Shown here one piece after another: positions 1 through 7,357 of a DNA stretch of 10,814 nt. Positions within the stretch are counted from its first letter, which is position 1; each line of letters starts with the position of its first letter. The position numbers and the translations under genes were made by a program. The stretch is from Bdellovibrionales bacterium (GTDB lineage Bacteria > Bdellovibrionota > Bdellovibrionia > Bdellovibrionales > JAMPXM01): the NCBI GenBank assembly GCA_043739185.1, contig JAYUEN010000440.1, forward strand, positions 1 through 10,814. The letters run 5' to 3'. The notes under the pieces are model-generated. The model saw nothing but the letters and a program-made list of their open reading frames with translations, was not told where the DNA came from and searched no databases.

Positions 1-39
1 GCTCTTAAGATTATGCAGAAATGTGGCTACCTCACGCAC
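1..39 (-). CDS. Possible 5' start of a minus-strand gene running off the left edge (MREVATFLHNLKS...)
   Basis: GTG at 39-37 has GGAG (52-49) 9 nt upstream. The frame is open to the window edge and also back to an ATG at 117. It is too short to identify. Confidence 0.3.
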   Translation of the reverse strand, partial: MREVATFLHNLKS

Positions 40-208
40 TCCAACTATCTCCAATCCATTGCCACTACGTAGCTGGACCAACAAAAAAAGGATTGGGCCA
101 ATCTCTGACCTAGCCATTGAATAGTGTCTAACAATTTTTGGCATTCCTGCCCACATGTTAAATCTACCTATCCATTTCAAATACAACCCCATATGACGAG
201 TCTCATCT

Positions 209-224
209 TGGCATAAAGCTTTCA
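209..224 (+). promoter_or_regulatory. Candidate sigma-54 (-24/-12) promoter for the beta-barrel gene
   Basis: TGGCAT-AAAGC-TTTCA versus consensus TGGCAC-N5-TTGCA. Spacing is correct but -12 reads TC instead of GC. It lies about 44 nt upstream of ATG 268. Confidence 0.35.
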
Positions 225-253
225 TAAGCTATTAAATAGGTAGTTTGTAGAAC

Positions 254-259
254 AAGGAG
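254..259 (+). promoter_or_regulatory. Ribosome-binding site
   Basis: AAGGAG 8 nt upstream of ATG 268. Confidence 0.75.
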
Positions 260-267
260 AATGGACC

Positions 268-951
268 ATGAATTCGCTTTCAAAATTGACTCTCGCCACT
301 TTATTTCTAGGTTTTTCAAATCTGGCATTTGCTCAAAGTGAAAATGCGAGCGTAAAGGATTTGAGTACAAGTACAACCAGCATTCAAACGGAAAGCCCTT
401 ACCAAAAACCAAAAGCTTCACGCTTCACACCTGAAATTTCGCTTATCAGCAGCACTTTTGTAGGAAGTGATTCCAATAATGCCCGCACCCTTACCAAAAT
501 TTCGATTGGCGCAAATATCGATATTGGTGAAGGAAATTTAGTTACAGAAACTGGAATTTTATTTCGTCAGATTGGGGCAAATGAAACTGCAATCATTAAT
601 TCGAAGTCGATCGATCTCGAAACTGATCTCAATTATTTATCAGTTCCGATCTCAGCAAAGTATTATTTCAGCAATCAACACGAAAGCTCATTCTTTGCTA
701 AAATAGGCTTAGCTCCTTCACTTTTAGTTGCAAGTCAATTGAGTGATACCACTTCCAGCGCGCGCAGCTCAGATCCAAATGCATTCGCTATTGATGGACT
801 CATTGGTCTTGGTGGTAAATATCAAATCACCGAACAAATTGGACTCGTGCTTGAAGTCTCTTATTGGAGAGGACTCGCCCCAGTTTATTCAAGCACCAAT
901 ATTTATACTTCTAATTTTATAAATACTCTTGGCATCAATATCGATTTATAA
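268..951 (+). CDS. Outer-membrane beta-barrel protein (OmpA/OMP_b-brl-like porin family), 227 aa
   Basis: Sec signal peptide ending AFA|Q and a Ser/Thr-rich linker. Amphipathic strands include LNYLSVPISAKYYF, FFAKIGLAPSLL, GLIGLGGKYQI, GLVLEVSYWRGL and the terminal strand TLGINIDL. Strong RBS. Confidence 0.8.
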   Translation: MNSLSKLTLATLFLGFSNLAFAQSENASVKDLSTSTTSIQTESPYQKPKASRFTPEISLISSTFVGSDSNNARTLTKISIGANIDIGEGNLVTETGILFRQIGANETAIINSKSIDLETDLNYLSVPISAKYYFSNQHESSFFAKIGLAPSLLVASQLSDTTSSARSSDPNAFAIDGLIGLGGKYQITEQIGLVLEVSYWRGLAPVYSSTNIYTSNFINTLGINIDL

Positions 952-975
952 AATTTGACTGACTCAGACCTGATT

Positions 976-2433
976 TTATTGATTTTCGAAATCAGGTGGC
1001 TCAATTGGTTTTTCAGTAGAAACCGGAATCAAATCGTCTTCGTGATAAACTTCGGCCTTGTCCTGTTCTTTCAGTCCGATACTTATGGTAACTTCTCGAG
1101 ACCCAATTTTATAATCTTTCTGTACCGGGAAGACGCCACCAACTTTATCTCCTGGCCTTATTTCATCAATGGTATTGAGAATGAGCGCCGTTGACGAATC
1201 TTTAGATACTTTGGCAACTTTTATGACTCCGATGGGGCGACCTACATTTCGTAAATCTGTATCAGGCCTTCGCGATTTGCGCATCGAATGTACGGCAAGC
1301 AAATCCCCAGGCTGAACGCCACTTTCAGATCCAATATTTATATAAATGACTGAGGCCGTGCCCAAGATCTTGCGCTCCGAACTAAATTCTCCGCCGACGA
1401 CTTCACCCTTAATGTCCTTTTTGGGTCCGCTAAAAGCGAAGGAAGCCTGAGGCAGAGGCTCATCAGTTACCCATGCATTGAGGACAATGGGTGATACGCA
1501 ATCGACAACGATTGCTTTGTAAATGCCGTCTTCTTCGTTCACGATTTCAACGATTTCAACTGAGCCATTTACTTCTACAATATGACCGAGATCCTTGCCA
1601 TCGCTATCAGACAGTTCGTCTTTTACGACGACGACATTTAGACGATCCCCGACTTGAACTTTTCTCCCGAGTTCTAAAAATACATTTTGCAAGATTGAAG
1701 CTGTCGACTCTTGCACTTCTATCTCTTTTACAAAACCAAGTTTTCTTGGCAAATCAGAGTTAATGAATGAGTTGAGCGTTACGCGCGCTGAAACCTTGAG
1801 TGCTCGAGGCACTCCGATATCAAGTCCGGTACTATCAAAAACTCCTTCATAATTGGTATTGGGAGGCTTCACAAATGAGGGTGGTAAAGCTTTAAGTCCT
1901 GATTGCGCGCGCCTTGAAGGCGGGGGAATTTCGGGTTTTCTGCCGATCACATCGGCGTCTTCAATGATACTTCCGCCAGCAATTTCTTCGGCGGTAAGAT
2001 TTTCATGAACCTCTTCAATGTAATAAGGCTTGGGAGCTTCCGCCACTACAATTTTCACAGTGGGGGCTTGAGCTTCATTTCCTGCAACAAAGTGAACTTG
2101 TCGTTTCGGAACAATCTGATGAGGATTTTCAATATCATGATTTTCTGACCAAAGCTTCGGCCAATAAGCTCCATCACCAAACATCGTCTCGCTCAAATCC
2201 CAAAGTGTATCGCCGGTTTGAATTTTGTAGGATTCAGCTCCTCTGGTGCCGAGCATGCTTTGCCATTTTTCTTCGTCGACCGGCTCTTTATTAAATTTAT
2301 CAAACATTTCTTGCAGTCGGCTTTCGCGATCGGTATCAGGCGCACCAAATTTACTAGAGTCTTCAGCGGCATGTCCTTTGCTACTCGCAAATGCAGCGAA
2401 AACAAAAAGGAGACCTAAATATTTTGCATTCAC
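976..2433 (-). CDS. LysM peptidoglycan-binding protein with TsaP-like architecture (LysM, Pro-rich linker, FlgT-C-like beta domains), 485 aa
   Basis: Signal peptide, then LysM motif YKIQTGDTLWDLS...YWPKLWSENHDIENPHQIVP from about aa 69. The C-terminal segment VIYINIGSESGVQPGD...IGVIKVAKV...STALIL...EIRPGDKV resembles FlgT-C/TsaP domains. The GTG start overlaps the upstream TGA (GTGA, 2430-2433). Confidence 0.85.
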   Translation of the reverse strand: MNAKYLGLLFVFAAFASSKGHAAEDSSKFGAPDTDRESRLQEMFDKFNKEPVDEEKWQSMLGTRGAESYKIQTGDTLWDLSETMFGDGAYWPKLWSENHDIENPHQIVPKRQVHFVAGNEAQAPTVKIVVAEAPKPYYIEEVHENLTAEEIAGGSIIEDADVIGRKPEIPPPSRRAQSGLKALPPSFVKPPNTNYEGVFDSTGLDIGVPRALKVSARVTLNSFINSDLPRKLGFVKEIEVQESTASILQNVFLELGRKVQVGDRLNVVVVKDELSDSDGKDLGHIVEVNGSVEIVEIVNEEDGIYKAIVVDCVSPIVLNAWVTDEPLPQASFAFSGPKKDIKGEVVGGEFSSERKILGTASVIYINIGSESGVQPGDLLAVHSMRKSRRPDTDLRNVGRPIGVIKVAKVSKDSSTALILNTIDEIRPGDKVGGVFPVQKDYKIGSREVTISIGLKEQDKAEVYHEDDLIPVSTEKPIEPPDFENQ

Positions 2434-3203
2434 TTTGTTGCCTTTGCCTGTAAGGACAGTAATTTCATTTCTAGAGGAACTCGATAAGCTTCAGGACTTC
2501 CGGGAAAATAAGTTTGCACATCAGCCAAAACCGACTTCGCTTCACCGAAGCGCCCCTGTTTTTTCAATATTTGTGCTTTTAAAAAGAAGGTCGAGACCAG
2601 CTTGCTCGCATTTGGGTAGTTCCGGATCAGCTTGTCGCAGTCGATTAAGGCTGCTTGGTCGTTTGCATTTTCAAATTCAAGCTTGGCATTGAGGAATATG
2701 GCTCGATCCGCAAATACACCTTGTGGATAGGTCTTCAAGAGAATTTCAGTCACACGATTAAGTGAATTTTGATTTTTCTGCCTGTAGCTCGCAATGACCT
2801 TGGCATAGAGATTGTGCTCCGCACTTTCGTGACTGTCGGTCGGACTGGCTTCTTCAAGTTTTGGAGCGCGAACCTCCGCCACAGATAATTTAGGCTGGTT
2901 GAGATTATTTGAGTCAGCCTTTAGAGTATCTTCAGTCTGAGCTTGACCAGCACTTGGCTGAAAGGGCACAGGAACTTTTGGCGTATTTACTCTATTTTCC
3001 GAAACATATTTTTGCTTGAGAATCCAATTCTGCTCTTTTAAGTTTTCAATAGTTGCCTGACTTTTCTTCAAATCAATTTCTAATGCGCGAATTTTTCTGT
3101 GGCTTAATATCTTTTCTGAATCTGAAAGCCCATTTTGTGCGCAAGATAAGAACAAAGCGCAAAGCAAGAGGCAAAGCGAATTAATAAAAAAATGACTTTT
3201 CAT
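2430..3203 (-). CDS. TPR lipoprotein, CpoB/YbgF-like (coiled coil, linker, TPRs), 257 aa
   Basis: Lipobox LFLS-C21 and a coiled coil (IRALEIDLKKSQATIENLKEQNWILKQ). YbgF-type TPR signatures LLKTYPQG..ADRAIF, LIRNYPNASK and EAKSVLADVQTYFPGSPEA. GGAG RBS at 3211-3208. Confidence 0.8.
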   Translation of the reverse strand: MKSHFFINSLCLLLCALFLSCAQNGLSDSEKILSHRKIRALEIDLKKSQATIENLKEQNWILKQKYVSENRVNTPKVPVPFQPSAGQAQTEDTLKADSNNLNQPKLSVAEVRAPKLEEASPTDSHESAEHNLYAKVIASYRQKNQNSLNRVTEILLKTYPQGVFADRAIFLNAKLEFENANDQAALIDCDKLIRNYPNASKLVSTFFLKAQILKKQGRFGEAKSVLADVQTYFPGSPEAYRVPLEMKLLSLQAKATK

Positions 3204-3357
3204 AAATCTCCATTGAAGATTTCACAACGCGCCATAAGTAAATCTTAATGCAATCGAGCCATCTAGAAAAGACTTCTGTGGGCTTAATAGGTCTAGATTC
3301 ATTGATATCGCGTATTTACCCAGCAGTTATTCTAATCTCTAAATTTTCTTATGGTAG

Positions 3358-3366
3358 TTATCCACA
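3358..3366 (+). promoter_or_regulatory. Perfect DnaA-box consensus TTATCCACA in the divergent intergenic region
   Basis: Exact 9-mer match. Function is not established. Confidence 0.35.
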
Positions 3367-3608
3367 AAGTTTGTGTATTTGAGGCACTCCTGGACTATAG
3401 ACCCAATAATGGATAAGGCTTTGCGGTTTTTGCCTGACACTTGCGCATAGGCTAAATACATAAGAGAACTTAAGTTTTTTCATTTTTAACAGTCTTTCCT
3501 ATTAAAATCTGTCAGAGTTCTTAAATTCGATTTTCGTAATGTGAAATTCATTTAATGCCATCTTAACTTAGCAGGCTGAGAGGATCTCATTTGCATTGCT
3601 AATTTGAA

Positions 3609-4487
3609 ATGCTGGTAAGTTTTTTTTTAATTCTGCTAAGTCTATTTGGTGTGTTTTGCTCGCCAATAAAGCAGCTTAGACAACTTACATTTCCTCTACA
3701 TCAGCTTTGTTTGAACTTTGCTCCAAATTCAATTTTCAAGTCTGACTACCAAGCTCTGGTTTGCGCTGCAAACTCTTATAGCCAAAAAAAACTTCTTCAA
3801 TCAAGCGGGCTCATTCATCTTTTTATTATTTTTGGATTGCAAATTTTTTTCATTCAATTGGCTTCAAAAAAAATCTTTTCAAAGTATTGCTATCAAAACT
3901 ACTTCAATTTTACTTTTGTATTTTTTTTACTTTCACTAACTGCCTTTCACCCTACAAGCCTTCGCCTAGCAATTGCTCTATTCCTCAGGGAGCTTTCACG
4001 TCAAAGAAAGTTATTTTGGTCCCCACTTCAAATCGCAATTTTTTCAGGATTTTCAAGCCTTGCACTCGAACCAGAGCTTTGGCAAAGCATATCTCTTCTT
4101 TTGGGATTAAGCGCAGCACTCGGCTTTGGTTTTTTTTATCGATCCTCAAATTTTAAAAAACTTATTTTCGTATACATTTTCACATTTCCGGTAATGATGG
4201 GTCTGCCCAATGCTCATCCCCTGCTCAGTTTGGGTTTTTTTTGTCTTTCTCGCCCGATTCTTCTGGTGCTTTTCCCACTTGCGACATTATCTTTTTTTAA
4301 TTTCACTGCAGAATTCATAATCGATTGTTTTTGGCAAAAGCTCTATAATCTCGCTGAAATTTTAAGAGCTCACTTTTTAATTTTTGAAAATTCGGCAAAC
4401 TTTTCAATAACTGAAATGTGGGTTTATCTAATTTTTCTTATGAGCTTGCTGCTTCATTTAGAAAATAAAACGGCTCGCAACCTCTAA
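3609..4487 (+). CDS. comEC: ComEC/Rec2 competence membrane domain (N-terminal part of split ComEC), 292 aa
   Basis: Multi-TM, Phe/Leu-rich protein. SSGLIHLFIIFGLQ aligns with the ComEC GxxHxxxxSGxH motif and PTSLRLA with the PSxxRA motif. It is directly followed by a ComEC-type MBL ORF. Confidence 0.7.
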   Translation: MLVSFFLILLSLFGVFCSPIKQLRQLTFPLHQLCLNFAPNSIFKSDYQALVCAANSYSQKKLLQSSGLIHLFIIFGLQIFFIQLASKKIFSKYCYQNYFNFTFVFFLLSLTAFHPTSLRLAIALFLRELSRQRKLFWSPLQIAIFSGFSSLALEPELWQSISLLLGLSAALGFGFFYRSSNFKKLIFVYIFTFPVMMGLPNAHPLLSLGFFCLSRPILLVLFPLATLSFFNFTAEFIIDCFWQKLYNLAEILRAHFLIFENSANFSITEMWVYLIFLMSLLLHLENKTARNL

Positions 4488-4499
4488 GAGAATTCAATT

Positions 4500-5267
4500 G
4501 TGCTACAATTTCTACGAAGTATTTTACTCATTTGTCATTTAAACTTTTTTTCATCCCCGCAAATGCTTAAGGCCAATGAAAACACTGAACTCATTGCGTG
4601 GAATGTTGGCCAAGGCCAATGGATCACAATTGCAAGTCCAAATTCTTGTTTGCATTTTGATATGGGTGGCGAAGTAGCTCCGTGGGATTCAATTTTGAGG
4701 GCCTGTGCTCTGAAGCCTAACAATACTTATTTTAGCCATTGGGATATCGATCATTTGTCTTTTGCTGCTAGGGCTTCGCGAAGATTTCAAAACTTTTGCA
4801 TTCAAGAATTTCCTGGCGGACCAGCACCCTCAAGTAAAAAAAGAATACTCTTATCTTCACTTCCTAAGTGCACAATGAAAAACTTAGAGTTGGTAAAAGA
4901 GATTTTTAAAGTCTCGACACCGCAGAGAAAACTTATGACCAGCAATGACTATTCAAATGTTTTTGAATTTGCTCACTGGATGCTTGTTCCGGGGGACTCT
5001 CCCAAGCGACAAGAAAAGTTGTGGGCACCTCAAATAATTGCTAAAAACTCAATTCGTGTCTTGATTCTAGGTCATCACGGGAGTCGCACGAGCACATCTC
5101 AGCTTTTACTATCCTCTCTTTTAGGTCTCAAAATGGCCGTTTCGACAGCTCGAAAATCTCGCTACGGTCATCCCCACCCTGAGGTTTTAGCAAGGCTCAA
5201 ACGAAATGGAGTCGCAGCTTTGTTGACAGAGGATTGGGGCAATATACATATTGAAACTAGCTTTTGA
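4500..5267 (+). CDS. ComEC-type metallo-beta-lactamase-fold hydrolase or nuclease (C-terminal part of split ComEC), 255 aa
   Basis: ComEC MBL motifs WNVGQGQ, HFDMGG, SHWDIDH, SNDYS, PGD, GHHGSRTS, RYGHPHPEV and TEDWGNI. Hydrophobic N-terminus. GTG start with a weak AAGAG 9 nt upstream. Confidence 0.85.
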   Translation: MLQFLRSILLICHLNFFSSPQMLKANENTELIAWNVGQGQWITIASPNSCLHFDMGGEVAPWDSILRACALKPNNTYFSHWDIDHLSFAARASRRFQNFCIQEFPGGPAPSSKKRILLSSLPKCTMKNLELVKEIFKVSTPQRKLMTSNDYSNVFEFAHWMLVPGDSPKRQEKLWAPQIIAKNSIRVLILGHHGSRTSTSQLLLSSLLGLKMAVSTARKSRYGHPHPEVLARLKRNGVAALLTEDWGNIHIETSF

Positions 5268-5274
5268 AAGGAAT

Positions 5275-5294
5275 TTATGAGGCGTCCATCATAA
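5275..5294. terminator. Weak hairpin between convergent genes (possible bidirectional terminator)
   Basis: TTATGA-GG-CGT-CC-A-TCATAA inverted repeat in the 39-bp convergent gap, with no strong U-tract. Confidence 0.25.
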
Positions 5295-5306
5295 GCATTA
5301 GAACGA

Positions 5307-6158
5307 CTAATCAAATGGTATTAGGTAGGTACCTAGCTGAACAAGACGATCCGCTTCGTCTTCATTTCCGAGCCAACCTATAATCTCATCTTGAAATTGA
5401 CGAATTCTTTTTCTCAGCTCCGGAATTTTTTGAGATGATATTGGAATATGAATGAGACCCAATTCTTGCTCTTTCGGATTGAGCTGGGATAGGTTTCTTC
5501 CCCACTCCATCAATGTTTCCCCATGAGTTTTATGCATCATCTGAAATGAAAAAATTCCGTCCCCTGTATCGAGAACTTGATCGACTGCATAAAGACGACC
5601 TTCCGGCCCTTTATTGAGAAGCCCCGCAACAACTAAGAGTTGTAAAGACGCTTCGGCCTGCTCAGGAGAAATTAATCCGCTCAATTTTCTTGAAATATAC
5701 TCGCCACTAGGTTCAAAATCCTTAAGAGCAACGCTTTCTCGCACTAGCATATGATACCAATGACTTAAGATTTCAGTTTTTACTTTTTCAAGATAGCTCG
5801 TCGTCATCTTTTTACGCGCGACTAAGATTTGCTTTTCTGCCTGCTTAACAGCCCCTTCATCTTTTGCATTGGCAAGCCTCACCAGAGCACTAAAATAAAG
5901 TCGATCCCCTTCACTTAGCTTTGCCAGCTTTGCGAATCTGTCAGCAAGAGGCTCTGAAAGATTTCGATCGCCTTGAATTACGAGTTGTAAATAGTTGGGA
6001 CTTTTCAGACCCAACAAACTTGAAAATTGACGATAAGAAAATCCGCGTCTCAAACTTTTCTTGAAATAAAACCAGTCCTTCAAAAATTTTCGATACTCCT
6101 GATAATCACGTATACTCGGAAACGTGATTGGGCCACTAAAAGCCTTTTCTACTTCCAT
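5307..6158 (-). CDS. TIGR02147 / DUF4423 family protein with an N-terminal HTH-like region, 283 aa
   Basis: Family signatures DYQEYRKFLKDW...FSYRQFSSLLGLKSPNYLQLVIQGDRNLS, SHWYHMLVRE, ISPEQAEASLQLL..AGLL, LRKRIRQFQDEI and LVQLGTYLIP. It overlaps the upstream gene by 10 bp, with GGAG 7 nt before the ATG. Confidence 0.85.
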   Translation of the reverse strand: MEVEKAFSGPITFPSIRDYQEYRKFLKDWFYFKKSLRRGFSYRQFSSLLGLKSPNYLQLVIQGDRNLSEPLADRFAKLAKLSEGDRLYFSALVRLANAKDEGAVKQAEKQILVARKKMTTSYLEKVKTEILSHWYHMLVRESVALKDFEPSGEYISRKLSGLISPEQAEASLQLLVVAGLLNKGPEGRLYAVDQVLDTGDGIFSFQMMHKTHGETLMEWGRNLSQLNPKEQELGLIHIPISSQKIPELRKRIRQFQDEIIGWLGNEDEADRLVQLGTYLIPFD

Positions 6159-6649
6159 GAGCAGGCTCCATCTTTGAGCTCAATGCTTTTTGCAATGCCA
6201 ATAAGTTGAGTTTCGAGTTCAGGCGCGGTACCCAGAATAACAACACCTCTTGTCGGTCCCCAGACAGCTGCAACATTGGATGCCGTCGAGTTGGTAATTT
6301 TAAAAACCTCGATACATGAATTCTCAACGCGAAATTTTCTCCAATTATTATTGGTAAAGTAGTTTGAAATTTCGGCTCTCGTAAGCTGAGCCAGATTTGC
6401 GAACTCAACACTAAACTTTCTAAATTGAATGGATGATGGGTTAAATCTTAATCCGAAGGGGTCGGTTATCATGAGTCCTTCATTGGGAATATTTCGATCA
6501 AGGCCTGCTTGATAATTTGCAGGGACATCAGCCTGAAATCCATCAGTAAAATCAGCAACACTACCACCGTTGCCAGTACGACCAATCGCATGACAAAGGG
6601 GAGTACTTATGAAAAGTACTCCCAAAAGTGCAATTAGTTTGCAGATCAT
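6149..6649 (-). CDS. Secreted hypothetical protein, 166 aa
   Basis: Signal peptide (...LCHA|IGRTGNGG). ATGA overlap with the upstream gene at 6646-6649, and its stop overlaps the TIGR02147 start. Confidence 0.75.
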   Translation of the reverse strand: MICKLIALLGVLFISTPLCHAIGRTGNGGSVADFTDGFQADVPANYQAGLDRNIPNEGLMITDPFGLRFNPSSIQFRKFSVEFANLAQLTRAEISNYFTNNNWRKFRVENSCIEVFKITNSTASNVAAVWGPTRGVVILGTAPELETQLIGIAKSIELKDGACSWK

Positions 6650-7272
6650 AGTTGTGGAGCCAGGTCAGTGAATTCAACAACAGCCGAGAAAAACTCGTTC
6701 ACATTGCATTTGGTCGGCCCATTTGTAACTGTTGAACACATGGTTGGCGGTTGAAGCGAGAAGACAAGGGACTTGAGACTGATATCGCGTGTCCCTGATA
6801 CATCGAAAGGATTTACGAGATTGGGTCTTGCAGCATCAGGACTATAGCTCATGAATGCCCCAGCAAATTTAATTGCGGCTTTGGGCTCATTATCAAACAG
6901 CTCATAATTTTCAATGGCCATGAGGCCACCGATGAAAACTTGAATAGGTTTGTTATCCAAAATGCTTTCACAACTCAAACTTGTAGGATTTGAACTCTCG
7001 GGCACAATTCTTGAATCTGTTACATTGAGAACGGCTTGTACTTGGCAAACTGTCTTTTCATCCCAGTGATAAGCAGCGTTCGAATCTTGCACAAATGTTT
7101 TCTTAGAAATTCTTGCTCGCATACTAGCTGGATGCGCAATCTGCGGAACAGCCTTTTGAACCACGAGATACTTCTGTGGCTGAATACTTGATGAACTCAA
7201 AAGACTTTTGAACTCATTCGCTTTTACTTGAATACTTAAAATACTTATTAAACCGATTAAAATTGCTTTCAT
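6646..7272 (-). CDS. Secreted hypothetical protein, beta-rich with 4 Cys, 208 aa
   Basis: Signal peptide MKAILIGLISILSIQVKA|N and RBS GAAGGA at 7286-7281. First gene of the overlapping three-gene unit. Confidence 0.75.
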   Translation of the reverse strand: MKAILIGLISILSIQVKANEFKSLLSSSSIQPQKYLVVQKAVPQIAHPASMRARISKKTFVQDSNAAYHWDEKTVCQVQAVLNVTDSRIVPESSNPTSLSCESILDNKPIQVFIGGLMAIENYELFDNEPKAAIKFAGAFMSYSPDAARPNLVNPFDVSGTRDISLKSLVFSLQPPTMCSTVTNGPTKCNVNEFFSAVVEFTDLAPQL

Positions 7273-7306
7273 TTTTTAGTTCCTTCTTTAAGTTGATGTC
7301 ATTTTT

Positions 7307-7318
7307 ATCTTCGAAGAT
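7307..7318. promoter_or_regulatory. Perfect 12-bp palindrome ATCTTCGAAGAT upstream of the three-gene cassette
   Basis: Self-reverse-complementary, about 35 bp upstream of ATG 7272. Confidence 0.3.
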
Positions 7319-7357
7319 GTTTTTATAGTGACCGCAGGATTTCAAATATTCAAGGCC

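Noticed and set aside
203..421. 72-aa minus-strand ORF
   Set aside because: It is antisense to the well-supported beta-barrel gene and has no motifs.
955..2692. Short ORFs 955-1194, 1491-1763, 2193-2405, 2218-2418 and 2246-2692
   Set aside because: They are shadow or alternative frames of the LysM and TPR genes, with no recognisable domains.
3582..3595. GG...TTGCA upstream of comEC as a sigma-54 promoter
   Set aside because: The GG-to-GC spacing is 9 nt rather than the required 10, and the -24 context is poor.
3204..3608. Intergenic region as oriC, ncRNA or CRISPR; also the AACTTAAGTT palindrome (3467-3476) and two TCTAGA sites
   Set aside because: There is only one perfect DnaA box and no origin-linked genes, no repeat-spacer periodicity and no convincing RNA fold. 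Short AT-rich palindromes are expected by chance.
3718..4723. ORFs 3718-3939, 3887-4156 and 4535-4723
   Set aside because: They are out-of-frame or antisense overlaps inside the comEC halves.
6027..6411. ORFs 6027-6209 (+) and 6136-6411 (-)
   Set aside because: They overlap the coupled cassette genes, which have better starts and signal peptide or family motifs.
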